A DNA stretch of 64,000 nt from an uncultured Gemmatimonadaceae bacterium (GCA_963829055.1 CAWHHI010000011.1:64001-128000); one strand, 5' to 3'; shown: positions 11,344 to 21,850, numbered from the stretch's first letter. Notes: a model not told the origin generated them from the sequence alone. A program made the numbers and translations.

Positions 11344-12810
11344 ATGCGCCTTCCCCGCTCGGCCGGCATTCTTCTGCATCCAACGTCCCTTCCCGGCCCG
11401 AACGGGATCGGCGAGCTCGGTTCAGACGCTCTTCGCTTTCTCGACTTCCTGTCCGCGACTGGCGTGACGCTCTGGCAGGTGTTGCCATTGGGCCCGACCG
11501 GCTACGGCGACTCCCCGTATCAGTGCTTCTCGGCGTTCGCCGGAAACCCGTTGCTCATCGCGATCCCGGGCGACGGCAGCAAGTTTCCCGCGCACACGGT
11601 CGATTTCGAATCGGTGATTCCGCACAAGCGTGCACTCCTCGACAAGGCGATCGCCGAGTGGGTGCCCGACGCCGGCTTCGACGCGTTCGTCGCCGCACAC
11701 GCCTCGTGGCTCGAGGACTACTCGCTGTTCATGGCGCTCAAGGAAGCGCACGGCGGCGTCGCCTGGCCGGATTGGGACCGCGGAGCCGCGGCGCGTGAGC
11801 CGAGCGCACTGGCCAGCTGGCGCGAGCGTCTCGCGCCATCGGTCAGACGGTACAACATCGAGCAGTACCTCTTCTACTCGCAGTTCGACGCCCTGCGCCG
11901 CGCCTCCGCGGCGAGAGGCATTCGCATCATGGGTGACCTTCCCATCTACGTCGCCCACGACTCCGCGGACGTCTGGGCCAACCCTTCGATGTTCAAGCTT
12001 CGCGCGGACGGACGCCCGCTCGTGCAGGCGGGAGTCCCGCCAGACTACTTCAGTGCGACCGGGCAGCTCTGGGGCAATCCGATCTACGATTGGGATGCCA
12101 TGGATCGCGACGGCTACCGGTGGTGGGTGCGGCGGCTCCGCGCGGCGTTCGAGCTGTTCGACGTCGTCCGCATCGATCACTTCCGCGGCTTCGAGGCATA
12201 CTGGGAAGTTCCGGGTGATGCGCCGACCGCGCAGACTGGCCAGTGGGTGAAGGGCCCCGGTGCCGCGCTGTTCGAGGCGGTGACGAAGGCGCTCGGTCCG
12301 GTGCCCATCGTAGCCGAGAACCTCGGTGTCATCACGCCGGCGGTGGAGGCGCTACGCGAGCAGTTCGGCTATCCCGGTATGAGCATCCTGCAGTTCGCCT
12401 TCGGAACCGATCCGGAGAGCGGGCAGTTCAGGCCGCACAACTTTCCGCGCGCACGCGTGGTATACACCGGCACGCACGACAACGACACGACGGTCGGGTG
12501 GTGGGAATCGACCGGCGCCGCCGACTCGACGCGTGCGGCGGAAGACGTGGCGCGCGAGAAGGCGTTCGCGCTAGAGTACCTTGGCGCCGATGGCCGCGAG
12601 ATGAACTGGACGCTGATTCGCACCGCGCTCGCGTCAGTCGCCGACACGGTGATCATCCCGATGCAGGACATCCTCGGGCTCGGCAGCGAAGCACGCATGA
12701 ATCTTCCGGGGAGAGCGTCCGGGAACTGGGGCTTTCGCTTCTCCTGGGATCAGATCACTCCCGAGATCGTCAAACGACTTCGCACGATGGTGGACGTCTA
12801 CGAGCGCTGA
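11344..12810 (+). CDS. malQ: 4-alpha-glucanotransferase (amylomaltase, GH77)
   Basis: RSAGILLHPTSLPG, GDSPYQ, GVPPDYFSATGQLWGNP, RIDHFRGF, AENLG, TGTHDNDT and RMNLPG. Confidence 0.95.
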   Translation: MRLPRSAGILLHPTSLPGPNGIGELGSDALRFLDFLSATGVTLWQVLPLGPTGYGDSPYQCFSAFAGNPLLIAIPGDGSKFPAHTVDFESVIPHKRALLDKAIAEWVPDAGFDAFVAAHASWLEDYSLFMALKEAHGGVAWPDWDRGAAAREPSALASWRERLAPSVRRYNIEQYLFYSQFDALRRASAARGIRIMGDLPIYVAHDSADVWANPSMFKLRADGRPLVQAGVPPDYFSATGQLWGNPIYDWDAMDRDGYRWWVRRLRAAFELFDVVRIDHFRGFEAYWEVPGDAPTAQTGQWVKGPGAALFEAVTKALGPVPIVAENLGVITPAVEALREQFGYPGMSILQFAFGTDPESGQFRPHNFPRARVVYTGTHDNDTTVGWWESTGAADSTRAAEDVAREKAFALEYLGADGREMNWTLIRTALASVADTVIIPMQDILGLGSEARMNLPGRASGNWGFRFSWDQITPEIVKRLRTMVDVYER

Positions 12811-12837
12811 GCGTGGGCGCTAGCGAGGAATCACGAC

Positions 12838-14249
12838 ATGGCTGCGGCACCGCGAACGGCTCCGACGGGCACGTCCTCCGCGAATGCGTCCCCCAATGCA
12901 TCCCCGACGCGATTCCTGACAGTCTGGAACATGAGCTTCGGGTTCCTCGGGATCCAGTTCGGCTGGGCGCTGCAGATGGCGAACATGAGCGCCATCTACG
13001 AGTACCTCGGCGCGAAACCGGATCAGATCCCGATGCTGTGGCTCGCGGCGCCGCTCACGGGACTCATCGTGCAGCCGATCATCGGACAGTGGAGCGACAA
13101 CACGTGGTCGCCGCGCTTCGGGCGCCGGCGACCATTTTTTCTCGTCGGCGCGATTCTGAGCTCGCTCGCGCTGCTCGCGATGCCGACATCGAGCACGCTC
13201 TGGATGGCGGCGGGACTGCTGTGGATCCTGGACGCGTCGATCAACATCTCGCATGGAGCCATTCCGCGCGTTCGTCGCGGATCTCCTGCCGGCGCGGGAG
13301 CGCACGCGTGGCTTCGCGATGCAGAGTCTCTTCATCGGTCTCGGCGCGGTGATCGCATCGGCGATGCCGTGGATGCTGACGAACTGGTTCGGTGTCGCCG
13401 GAAGCACGCCGGGCACGATTCCGCTCACCGTGAAGTTGTCGTTCTTCATCGGCGCCGCGGCGTTCATCGGCGCGGTGCTGTATACGGTGCTGACCACGAA
13501 GGAGCATCCGCCGGAAGACATCGAGGCGTTCAAGCGTCGCCGGAAGGCGAACGTCGGCCTGGCGGCGAACGCCCGCGAGATTCTGCACGCGGCGCGTGAG
13601 ATGCCGGACACGATGCGCCAACTCGCCGTCGTGCAGATTGTCCACGTGGCTCGGCCTGTTCTGCATGTGGTTGTACTTCCCGGTCGCCGTCGCGCGTAAC
13701 GTGTTCGGCGCGCCGGATTCGAGCTCGCCGCTTTACCAGCAGGGCGTGGAATGGGCCGGCGTCTGCTTCGGCGCCTACTCGGCCGTGTGCTTCGCGTTCT
13801 CGTTCTTCCTGCCGTCGATCGCGCGCGCACTCGGACGGACGAAAGCGCACGCGTTCTGCCTGCTGGCGGGCGCAGCCGGCCTGCTCTCGGTCGTCGTGAT
13901 CCACCAGCCGAAGCTGCTGCTCCTCTCGATGGTCGGGGTCGGGATCGCGTGGACGAGCATCCTGTCGATGCCGTACGCGATTCTCGCCGGCTCGCTGCCG
14001 CGGGAAAAGACCGGCGTGTACATGGGCATCTTCAACTTCTTCATCGTCATTCCGGAGATCGTTGCATCGTTAGGCTTCGGCTGGGTGATGTCGCACCTGC
14101 TCGACAACAACCGGCTCTATGCCGTGGTGGCGGGCGGCGGGTTCCTGTTCCTCGCCGCGCTGCTCGTGTGGCGCGTGCGCGACCCGAGTGAGGCGCCGGC
14201 GTCGGTGCCGTCGGGCCAGCCCGTCATGACGACCAGCACGGTCGCGTGA
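12838..14249 (+). CDS. MFS maltose/sucrose-type sugar transporter (+1 frameshifts near 13251 and 13640)
   Basis: [54 protein letters not shown] and [14 protein letters not shown] over three fragments. Confidence 0.88.
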
Positions 14250-14277
14250 AATGCGAGGCACGTAGGTTCAACGGCAG

Positions 14278-14488
14278 ACAGCAGGACAGGATGGCAGGAT
14301 TGACAGGATTGGACGGCTTGCAGCTCGGGCGGCCTCGCGCAACGAGCCGGGAATGAGGGGAACGCCCGGTCGGGACGCCACTCTCCCCGAGATGTGTTCC
14401 TTCATTCGTTAGGCCCGGCGGCGCGCTCCCCGACGCCGCGGCGGTCATCTTCTCAATCCTGTCAATCCTGGCCATCCTGTCTTGCTGT
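14278..14488. repeat. Palindromic element, family 4 (ACAGGAT-type arms)
   Basis: ACAGCAGGACAGGATGGCAGGATTGACAGGATTG is inverted against CAATCCTGTCAATCCTGGCCATCCTGTCTTGCTGT; interior shares CCTCGCGCAACGAGCCGGGA with family 5. Confidence 0.75.
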
Positions 14489-14520
14489 TCCCGCAGTTCC
14501 GCTCCGGATCGACTGCCCAC

Positions 14521-14578
14521 AGCCCTCTACCTTGTCCGGTCGCGATTCCTCGACTCACTTCGTTCGCTCGGAATCACA
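14521..14578. repeat. REP-like family 2, right half
   Basis: GCCCTCTA...CGCGATTCCTCGACT...CGCTCGGAATCAC matches the right arms at 6097-6153 and 62889-62951. Confidence 0.65.
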
Positions 14579-14583
14579 GCCAC

Positions 14584-16418
14584 ATGAGACACGCACTCCT
14601 GGTCCTGATCGCCGCCGGGCATTGCCGGCGCGGCGACGCAATCGGCGGCGCAGGCTCCGACGATCGACAAGGTCGAGCCGCCGAACTGGTGGGCCGGGTA
14701 TTCGATCAATCCGGTTCGACTGCTCGTTCGCGGCAGCGGGCTCGCCGGCGCGAGGATGACGTGTGCGCGCCTAACGTGCGGTAGCCCCAAGGTCAACGCC
14801 GCCGGCACGTACGCGTTCGTGGACGTGACCGTTCCCGCGGGCACGGCTGCCGGCGCGTACCCGCTCGTGTTGCGGACCGCGGGTGGCAGCGCGACGGTGC
14901 CGTTCACGGTCAGCGGCGCACTCCCGAAGGCCGGGCGGTTCCAGGGCTTCGGCCCTGACGACGCGGTGTACCTCATCATGCCGGACCGATTCGCCAACGG
15001 CGACTCGGCCAACGACGACCCGGCCAAGTCCCGCGGGCTCGTCGACCGGAGCAAGACGCGCTTCTATCACGGCGGCGACCTGGCCGGCATCCGCCAGCGG
15101 CTGCCCTACCTCAAGTCGTTAGGCATCACGGCCCTCTGGCTCAACCCCATCTACGACAACAACGATCGGCTGAACGAGAAGGAAGTGTACGACGGCCAGC
15201 CGATCACGGACTATCACGGCTACGGTGCCGTCGACTTTTATGCCGTTGATGAGCATCTGGGCGACGTCGCGACGTTCCGCCAACTCGTCGACGACGCGCA
15301 CCGGATGGGCATCAAGGTCATCCTCGACATGGTGGCCAACCACACGGGGCCATATCACCCGTGGGTGAAGGACTCGCCGACGCCAACGTGGTTTCACGGA
15401 ACGGCCGACAAGCATCTCTCGAACACGTGGCAGATCTGGACGCTCGCGGATCCGCACGCCACGCCCGCGACGCGCGAGGCGACGCTGGACGGATGGTTCA
15501 TCGACATCCTCCCGGACTTCAATCAGGAGGACCCGGAGGTTTCGAAGTACATCATCCAGAACACGCTCTGGTGGGTCGCGATGAGCGGCATCGACGGGAT
15601 CCGTCAGGACACATGGCCGTACGTGCCGCGCGGTTTCTGGCGCGACTGGATGAGCGCGATCCGCCGCCAGTATCCCGCGCTCAAGGTCGTCGGCGAGGTC
15701 TCGGACGGAGATCCGTCGCTCGTCTCGTTCTTTCAGGGCGGGCGCACGCAGTACGACGGCATCGATGACAAGGTGGATGGCCTGTTCGATTACCCGCTGT
15801 TCTATCCAATGCGTCGCGCGTTCGGCGAGGGGAAATCGTTACGCGAGGTCGCACAGATGCTCGGGCACGACTGGCTGTACCCGGATCCCTCGCGGCTCAT
15901 GACGTTCGTGGGGCTGCACGACGTACCGCGGTTCATGAACGAGCGCGGCGCGACGATCAAGGGGCTCGAGCTCGCGTACACGTTCCTGCTCACCGCGCGC
16001 GGCACGCCACTGCTCTACTACGGCGACGAAGTCGCACTCCCCGGCGCGGGTGACCCGGACAATCGTCGCGACTTCCCAGGCGGCTGGTCAGGGGATGCCC
16101 GAAGTGCATTCGATGCATCCGGCCGCACGCCGCCGGAGCAACAGCTGTGGTCACACGTGCAGCGCCTGTTGCAGCTCCGCGCGCAGCGGAGCGATCTCCG
16201 AACCGGACGCATGGAGCATCTCGGTGACGAACGATCAGTCGTTCGTGTACCGCCGAGGGCGCACGGTGGTGGCGCTGAACAACGACACCACCGCGGTCAC
16301 GCTGCGGCTGCCGATCGCGACGTTGCCCGACGATGCGCTGGGCGTGTGTGCCCGTCCACGGAGCGAGAGCGGTGCCGTCGTAGTGGTTGTCCCGCCACGC
16401 AGCGGGTGCGTGTTCTAG
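14584..16418 (+). CDS. GH13 cyclomaltodextrinase/neopullulanase (SusA-like), secreted; frameshifts near 14620 and 16220
   Basis: Signal peptide, then KVEPPNWW; YLIMPDRFANGD, HGGDLAG, YHGYG, DMVANH, DGIRQDT, VGEV, LHDVPRF and DPDNRRDFPGGW. Confidence 0.88.
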
Positions 16419-16448
16419 TGGCTGCCTAACGGACACAGACGTCATCTC

Positions 16449-16724
16449 GCGGTCCAACAGCGACGCAGAAGGACGCAGGCGCGCTGGCGACGCGCGACGC
16501 AGAAGGACGCAGAAAACTGCACCACGCCTCTGGACGACCGTCGCGTCTCGGCGAGCCTGTGAAAAAGGGGAACGACCTCGGGACGGGCATTGGCCAGCCC
16601 GAGGTCGTCCCCCTTTTTCACAGGCTCGGCGCACGCGCCGGCGTCCCGAGCGGCGTTTTCTGCGTCCTTCTGCGTTGCGGCTCGCGCAGCGCGCCTGCGT
16701 CGTTCTGCGTCGCTGTTGGACCGC
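16449..16724. mobile_element. MITE/REPIN-like nested palindrome, family 3
   Basis: About 70-nt imperfect terminal inverted arms (GGTCCAACAGCGACGCAGAA... / ...TTCTGCGTCGCTGTTGGACC) around a near-perfect about 30-bp stem at 16552-16628; partial copy at 2684. Confidence 0.65.
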
Positions 16725-16774
16725 CCGACCAGAGCGTGCCCGTCCCGAACGCCTAACGACGCGAGATCAGGCGG

Positions 16775-16894
16775 TCATCTGCCGCCGCCGGTACTCAGCG
16801 CCTTGAGAACGAGTCCGACAAACATCGCGATCGCGACGATGATGATGAGCCAGCCCCACGCCGGGGTGCGGCTGTCGTGTGAAGCGTCTGGCAC
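16775..16894 (-). CDS. Small single-pass membrane protein, 39 aa (not in the ORF track)
   Basis: AAGAGG then GTG; MPDASHDSRTPAWGWLIIIVAIAMFVGLVLKALSTGGGR*; downstream of mscL on the same strand. Confidence 0.6.
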   Translation of the reverse strand: MPDASHDSRTPAWGWLIIIVAIAMFVGLVLKALSTGGGR

Positions 16895-16984
16895 TGGTCT
16901 GAGCCTCTTTGAGTGATGCGCGAATAATAGTCAGCCCGAAACGCTCGGTCTGAGCTGATGGCTGATGGCCGATGGCTGTTGGCT

Positions 16985-17371
16985 TTACAACTGGCTCGTG
17001 CAATGCGCGCACCGGGTGGCCGCCACATCGATCGTCATCTTGCAGAATGGACAGTTCTTGGTGGCAGGCGCGGCGGCCGCGGGGGCCGGGCGAATGAACG
17101 CCACGCTGATCCGCCACGCGACGAACCCGACGATCACGAAATTCACCAGCGCACTTCCGAAATCGCCGATCTTGAACGGGATCGGGCCTGGCGTCACCAC
17201 CGTCTGCCACGACTTCGGATCCGGGGTCGCCACGGCAACGATCGGCATGATGAAGTCTTCCACGAGCGCCGTCACGAGCTTGTTCAGCGCGCCACCGACG
17301 ACGACCGCGATCGCCAACGCCAGCACGTTCTCTTTCACGAGGAACGTCTTGAACTCCTTCCACATCGGCAT
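16985..17371 (-). CDS. mscL: Large-conductance mechanosensitive channel with C-terminal CxxC...CxxC
   Basis: MWKEFKTFLVKENVLALAIAVVVGGALNKLVTALVEDFIMP; GDFGSALVNFVIV; CPFC...CAHC tail. Confidence 0.9.
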   Translation of the reverse strand: MPMWKEFKTFLVKENVLALAIAVVVGGALNKLVTALVEDFIMPIVAVATPDPKSWQTVVTPGPIPFKIGDFGSALVNFVIVGFVAWRISVAFIRPAPAAAAPATKNCPFCKMTIDVAATRCAHCTSQL

Positions 17372-17534
17372 AGGGGCCTCGCGCAGTCAGGCGCAGTAAC
17401 GGTGGACGGTCGGGGAGCGGAACCCGACGCGGTCTTTTTTTCAGCGTGGGGGAAGTTGCGTCGTAGAGGCCGCTGCGCTAGTGCTCCCTTCGCCATCCGG
17501 CCACGCCTCACGAATTTGCTGTCGTTTCGGAGGC

Positions 17535-17550
17535 GGGCACGGCGGTTGCC
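17535..17550 (+). promoter_or_regulatory. Putative sigma-54 (-24/-12) promoter for the AI-2E gene
   Basis: GGCACGGCGGTTGC is GG-N10-GC and matches TGGCACG-N4-TTGC; about 50 nt before ATG 17599. Confidence 0.55.
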
Positions 17551-17598
17551 TTTGGACATGGAGAAGTCACTCACCCCACGTATTCAGGCCGGAGTAGC

Positions 17599-18804
17599 AT
17601 GGCTGCAGGCACCACTGACGATAGCTCGGTCCTCGCGCCCGACGTCGATGAGCACGCGGAAGCGTCGCCCGCCGCGCCTGGCGCGCCGACGCCCAATCTC
17701 GCGAAGACGGCGTCGGCGCTCGCGACCGTTCGAGCGCGATCGGTGGGCGTCACCATCCTCGCGGTCCTGGCGCTGCTCTACACGCTGTTCTTCGCGCGCG
17801 ACTTCCTGCTGCCGATCGTCATCGCGCTGCTCCTGAACCTGTTGTTCAGTCCCGTCGTTCGTTCACTCACGCGGGTTGGGATCAGCGCACCGATCGGCGC
17901 GGCGGTCGTGGTGCTCGGACTCCTGGGGCTCGTGAGTTTCGGTGTCTACGAACTGTCGACGCCGGTGGAACGATGGGCCGCCGAAGCGCCGAAGACGCTC
18001 GCGAACGTCGAAACGCGCATGAAGAAGCTCATGAAGCCGCTGGAGCGCGTACGGCGTACCGCCGAGCAGGTCGAGACGGCGACGAGCACCGCGGCGCCGC
18101 CGAAGACGACCGAGGTCATCTTACGCGGGCCGGGAATCGTCGCGCGGGTGTTCGGCACGACGCAGCGCTTCGTCGCCGGCTCGCTGCAGGTGCTCATCCT
18201 GCTCTTCTTCCTGCTTGCCTCTGGCGACCTGTTTCTGCAGAAGCTCGTGAAGGTGTTGCCACAGCTGGGCGACAAGCGCAAGGCGGTAGAGATCGCGCGC
18301 GCGGCGGAGTCGTCGATCTCGACCTACCTCATCACGGCCCTGGCGATCAACGTCGGCGAAGGCATCGTGGTGGCCGGCGTGCTGTATCTGCTGAGGATGC
18401 CGAACCCGCTCCTGTGGGGCACGATGGTCGTCCTGCTCGAGTTCATCCCATACCTCGGCGCGGCGACGGTCGTCATCGTGCTGAGCGTCGCGGCGCTCAC
18501 GGCCTTCGACTCGGTGAGCCACGCGCTGCTGATCCCAGCGTCCTTCCTGGCGATCAACCTGCTCCAGGCGAACATCGTCAGTCCGATGCTGTTCAGTCAC
18601 CGCCTAACGCTGAATCCGGTGGCGCTGTTCGTGGGCCTGGGATTCTGGTGGTGGATCTGGGGAGTTCCCGGCGCGTTCATCGCGGTGCCGCTCGTGGCCA
18701 CGTTCAAGATCTTCTGTGACCACATCGCCACACTCGCGCCGATTGGCGAGTTTCTTGGCCAGCGCGATGAGAAGGAACGTCGCGAGACCGTGCGCGCGGC
18801 CTGA
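17599..18804 (+). CDS. AI-2E family transporter
   Basis: GGAG RBS; multiple TM segments; FIPYLG, QANIVSP, LNPV and WGVPGAFIAVPL. Confidence 0.9.
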   Translation: MAAGTTDDSSVLAPDVDEHAEASPAAPGAPTPNLAKTASALATVRARSVGVTILAVLALLYTLFFARDFLLPIVIALLLNLLFSPVVRSLTRVGISAPIGAAVVVLGLLGLVSFGVYELSTPVERWAAEAPKTLANVETRMKKLMKPLERVRRTAEQVETATSTAAPPKTTEVILRGPGIVARVFGTTQRFVAGSLQVLILLFFLLASGDLFLQKLVKVLPQLGDKRKAVEIARAAESSISTYLITALAINVGEGIVVAGVLYLLRMPNPLLWGTMVVLLEFIPYLGAATVVIVLSVAALTAFDSVSHALLIPASFLAINLLQANIVSPMLFSHRLTLNPVALFVGLGFWWWIWGVPGAFIAVPLVATFKIFCDHIATLAPIGEFLGQRDEKERRETVRAA

Positions 18805-18874
18805 TCCGCTGCTCGCTGCTGACGTTCGGGATCGCTGTCTTGTCGGCGGGGGTGTCGCGTCTCCGGCGCCGTAG

Positions 18875-19278
18875 GCGCTTACACGCCCTGAGCCGACGGG
18901 TACCGAACTCCGTGTACGGCTGGCTGGCTCGGCCCCGTCGTCTCGGGGCTACGCGCCAACGACCCCTACGACGCGACACCCCCGCCTCCTGCGTACGCAT
19001 CCCGACCGTCAGGGCAAGCAGCGCGCAGCACCCAGCAAGTGCGCGCCCTAACGCTGACCGCGCCGCCCGCAGAGGGGACGCGGACTTGCTGCGCTGCTGG
19101 CGCGTGGGCCGGTCGCGATGCGTGCGGCGGTGACGAGCGGCCGGCCACGCGAGCGAGCCATGACCGTGGGGCGCGGGCGCTCGGCGTAGGGGGCCTCGCG
19201 CGTAGCCCCGAGACGGCGGGGCCGAGCCACTCTCACAGCATGGAGTTCGGTACCCGCCGGCTCGAGGCGTGTAAGCGC
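18875..19278. repeat. Long imperfect inverted repeat (about 100-nt arms) between convergent genes
   Basis: GCGCTTACACGCC...GGGTACCGAACTCC...GGCTCGGCCCCG...GTCTCGGGGCTACGCG is mirrored at 19183-19278. Confidence 0.75.
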
Positions 19279-19375
19279 GTGGCCACCGGAGCCGAGTGCC
19301 CGCGCCTAGCGCCGCGATGATCTCGACCAGCCCCGCGCGCGCCGATGCAAGCACGCAGCACGCAGCTCGCGCAGC

Positions 19376-21757
19376 CTAGAAGCGCGCCTCGAAATACAAG
19401 TCGAGCAGCGTACGCTTACGCGGCCAGATGCCGCGCGAGAGGTCCGCTCGGAACAGACCGTCCATGACGGACAGCCCCACCCCGGCACCGCTCACCGGGC
19501 GCCCCGGATGACTCCACGCCGAACGATCGCCCGCCCAGCCGAGGTCTCCGAACAGCGACGGACGCACGACCGCGAGTTGCTTGCCGAGCTCCGCGCGACT
19601 CAGCCAGTACGAGTTGCCCGTCTGACCCGGCTCCGTCAGGCTCGGCCGCTGCCCACGCACCGTGTGCGCGCCGCCGATGAAGTACGCGCGCTGCGGCGGC
19701 AACGTGCCGCCCGACGTCCCCGCGCTGCCCGTAACCGCCGCCTCGAAACCGGCGCCCAGGCCGCGCGACAGCGTCGCATCCAGCGCGCCCCGCGTGTAGT
19801 CGAACGTTCCCGCCGCCGCTTCAGCACGCACGTCCGTCAGCAGACGCCACCCCGCGGGGTCGAGACCGAACGTCCGGTTGTAACGCGCCTCGCCCCCGCC
19901 GATCGTTCCGGGCGTCGCTTCGATGTTCTCCATGAACTGCACGTCGTTGATCGAGTTCGCGAGCGAGAACTGCGTCTCGACCTCCGCGTTGCGATGCTGC
20001 TCGCCGAAGAGACGCCACGTGAAGCCGCCGCCACCGACGTTCGATCCCGTGAGCTCGCCACCCCACGTGCGGTAGTAGAAGCCCTCATCCAGACCGAACA
20101 ACACCGCGTTGAGCGAGCTGCCGAAACTCAGCGGCGTGCCGAAGTCGTTCGACGCCTCGAGCCGGCGATAAACGCCGAGCTGAAGTTGGCGCCGCCCATT
20201 CCCGCGCACCGCGTAGAGATCACCGTTGAGCTGCGCGTCGGCAAAACTGATCCGCGGGATGAGTCCGGCTCGATACCCTCGCCCGAATTCCTGTGTCACG
20301 GAGACGCCCGTCGAGAAGCCCTCGACGCGATTGTAGCGCGTCAGGTCCAGACCGTAGTGGATCACCGGTCGCTGCGGCGCCCAGTCCGACTGCAGCGAGA
20401 AGTCGAGAGACTTCATCAACTCGTCGCGCTCCGCTGTCCCGAACAGCTCTTCGCCCGGTTCGTAGATGGAAGCCGGCAAGTCCGGGGAACGCGCGAGCAC
20501 GGTGGAATCGCACGGGACGCGGAACGCCACACGCACCGCGCCGTTGTAGCGCGAGTCATAACGCGTGTACGAGCCTCCGTTCTCGCACTGCGATTTCCTG
20601 AGCGCCTTCTGCTCCTCGTGACGCACCGAATCGGCCTCGGCGAACCGCTTGGCGCGCTCCTTCCGCTGCTCCGGCGTGAGGTCGCGCCACTTCAGGCTGT
20701 CGCCGAATAGCGAGTCACGCAGAGACTTGGGCGTGGGCGGCACGGGCGGCAGGGAGTCGGTGCCGTTGACCGAGGCGTACTTGAAGCTCTCTTCCATCTT
20801 GAACGGCACGCGCATGAACCCGACCTGCGCCGAGCCTTCGGCCGCCTGCGCGCGCGGAAGCCAGAAGCGGCCACCGTACAGACCGTAGTCGATCGTCACG
20901 CCTTCGAGGTTCGCCTTCATGGGCGAGATGATCGCCTTCACGGCGACGGGCACGTCGTCCTCGTCGCCGTCGGCGTCAGCTTCTTCCTTCGCCACCTGCC
21001 AGATGTCCATCTCGACCGACATGCGATAGGCGGCACGTACGAGCTGCCCGCTGCTCACGTCGAACCAGAACGATCCAACTGACAGGCGCCAGTTCGGACG
21101 ACGCGGCTCGACCCGAAGCTCGCGCAGCGCGATCTTCTTACCGTCGGACAGCGTGAACGTGATGGAATCGCCCGTCGCGAAACGGTAGTACGCCTCCGAC
21201 CCGATCGCGATTGGATGGATCAGCTCTTCCGGATCGACCTCGGCCTTCGAGACTCCGGAGCCGATCCAGAGTGCGTCGCGGCCGGGGTAGTACGGGATCG
21301 GTGACATCTCGTGATAGTCGACATCCGCGTCCGCGCCTTTGACCATGGGCATCGCCGTGCGGGCGCCCTTGAGGTCCACCCAGGTGCCGCCGTCGCGCGA
21401 CCATCGAACGCGTGAGGCGTTCTCGGTGCGGAACAGCAGTCGGTCGCGACCGAACGTTCGAAAGCCGAGGCCGGCGGACATGCGCTGGTACGCCGTGGCA
21501 TTGTAGGACAGGAGCGCCGAGTCCTGACGCATGCGAGCCTCGCGTGCCTTGAGGAGGAGCGTCCGCGCTCCCGGGTCGCGGAAGGCAGATTGCTCCAGCT
21601 CCGGTGTCACGGGAATGCGCTTTCGCTCGGGTCGCTTCCCGTGGTCGATCGTATCGAGGGCGGCTTGCGACCGCTCCGTGGTATCGGATTTCGCGCCGAC
21701 GCGAACCGTGACTTGTTGATCGAATGCGAGGGCGAGCGCCAGGACAACCGAAAACAT
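19376..21757 (-). CDS. Secreted/outer-membrane protein with probable C-terminal beta-barrel, function unknown
   Basis: 793 aa ORF with GGAG RBS; hydrophobic N-terminus; RYNRVEG followed by alternating beta-strand pattern; ends LDLYFEARF. Confidence 0.7.
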   Translation of the reverse strand: MFSVVLALALAFDQQVTVRVGAKSDTTERSQAALDTIDHGKRPERKRIPVTPELEQSAFRDPGARTLLLKAREARMRQDSALLSYNATAYQRMSAGLGFRTFGRDRLLFRTENASRVRWSRDGGTWVDLKGARTAMPMVKGADADVDYHEMSPIPYYPGRDALWIGSGVSKAEVDPEELIHPIAIGSEAYYRFATGDSITFTLSDGKKIALRELRVEPRRPNWRLSVGSFWFDVSSGQLVRAAYRMSVEMDIWQVAKEEADADGDEDDVPVAVKAIISPMKANLEGVTIDYGLYGGRFWLPRAQAAEGSAQVGFMRVPFKMEESFKYASVNGTDSLPPVPPTPKSLRDSLFGDSLKWRDLTPEQRKERAKRFAEADSVRHEEQKALRKSQCENGGSYTRYDSRYNGAVRVAFRVPCDSTVLARSPDLPASIYEPGEELFGTAERDELMKSLDFSLQSDWAPQRPVIHYGLDLTRYNRVEGFSTGVSVTQEFGRGYRAGLIPRISFADAQLNGDLYAVRGNGRRQLQLGVYRRLEASNDFGTPLSFGSSLNAVLFGLDEGFYYRTWGGELTGSNVGGGGFTWRLFGEQHRNAEVETQFSLANSINDVQFMENIEATPGTIGGGEARYNRTFGLDPAGWRLLTDVRAEAAAGTFDYTRGALDATLSRGLGAGFEAAVTGSAGTSGGTLPPQRAYFIGGAHTVRGQRPSLTEPGQTGNSYWLSRAELGKQLAVVRPSLFGDLGWAGDRSAWSHPGRPVSGAGVGLSVMDGLFRADLSRGIWPRKRTLLDLYFEARF

Positions 21758-21850
21758 TGAAGCTCCGAGAGTGGGGGGCGGCGCCTGCCTTTACGTCATC
21801 GTTCACAGGGTGGTTTCGATACCCCCATGCCCGTGAGTGTTCCGGGGGCA

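Noticed and set aside
4363..16418. Pseudogenisation of the starch locus
   Set aside because: The breaks are isolated single-base shifts with all catalytic motifs intact, and the same pattern occurs throughout the window.
17406..17441. Hairpin plus T-tract as a riboswitch or attenuator
   Set aside because: It lies upstream of the putative AI-2E promoter, and no aptamer is recognisable.
21138..21850. C-terminal extension of the membrane protein overlapping the next gene
   Set aside because: Low-complexity Arg/Pro-rich read-through, best explained by a frameshift just before TAG at about 21851.
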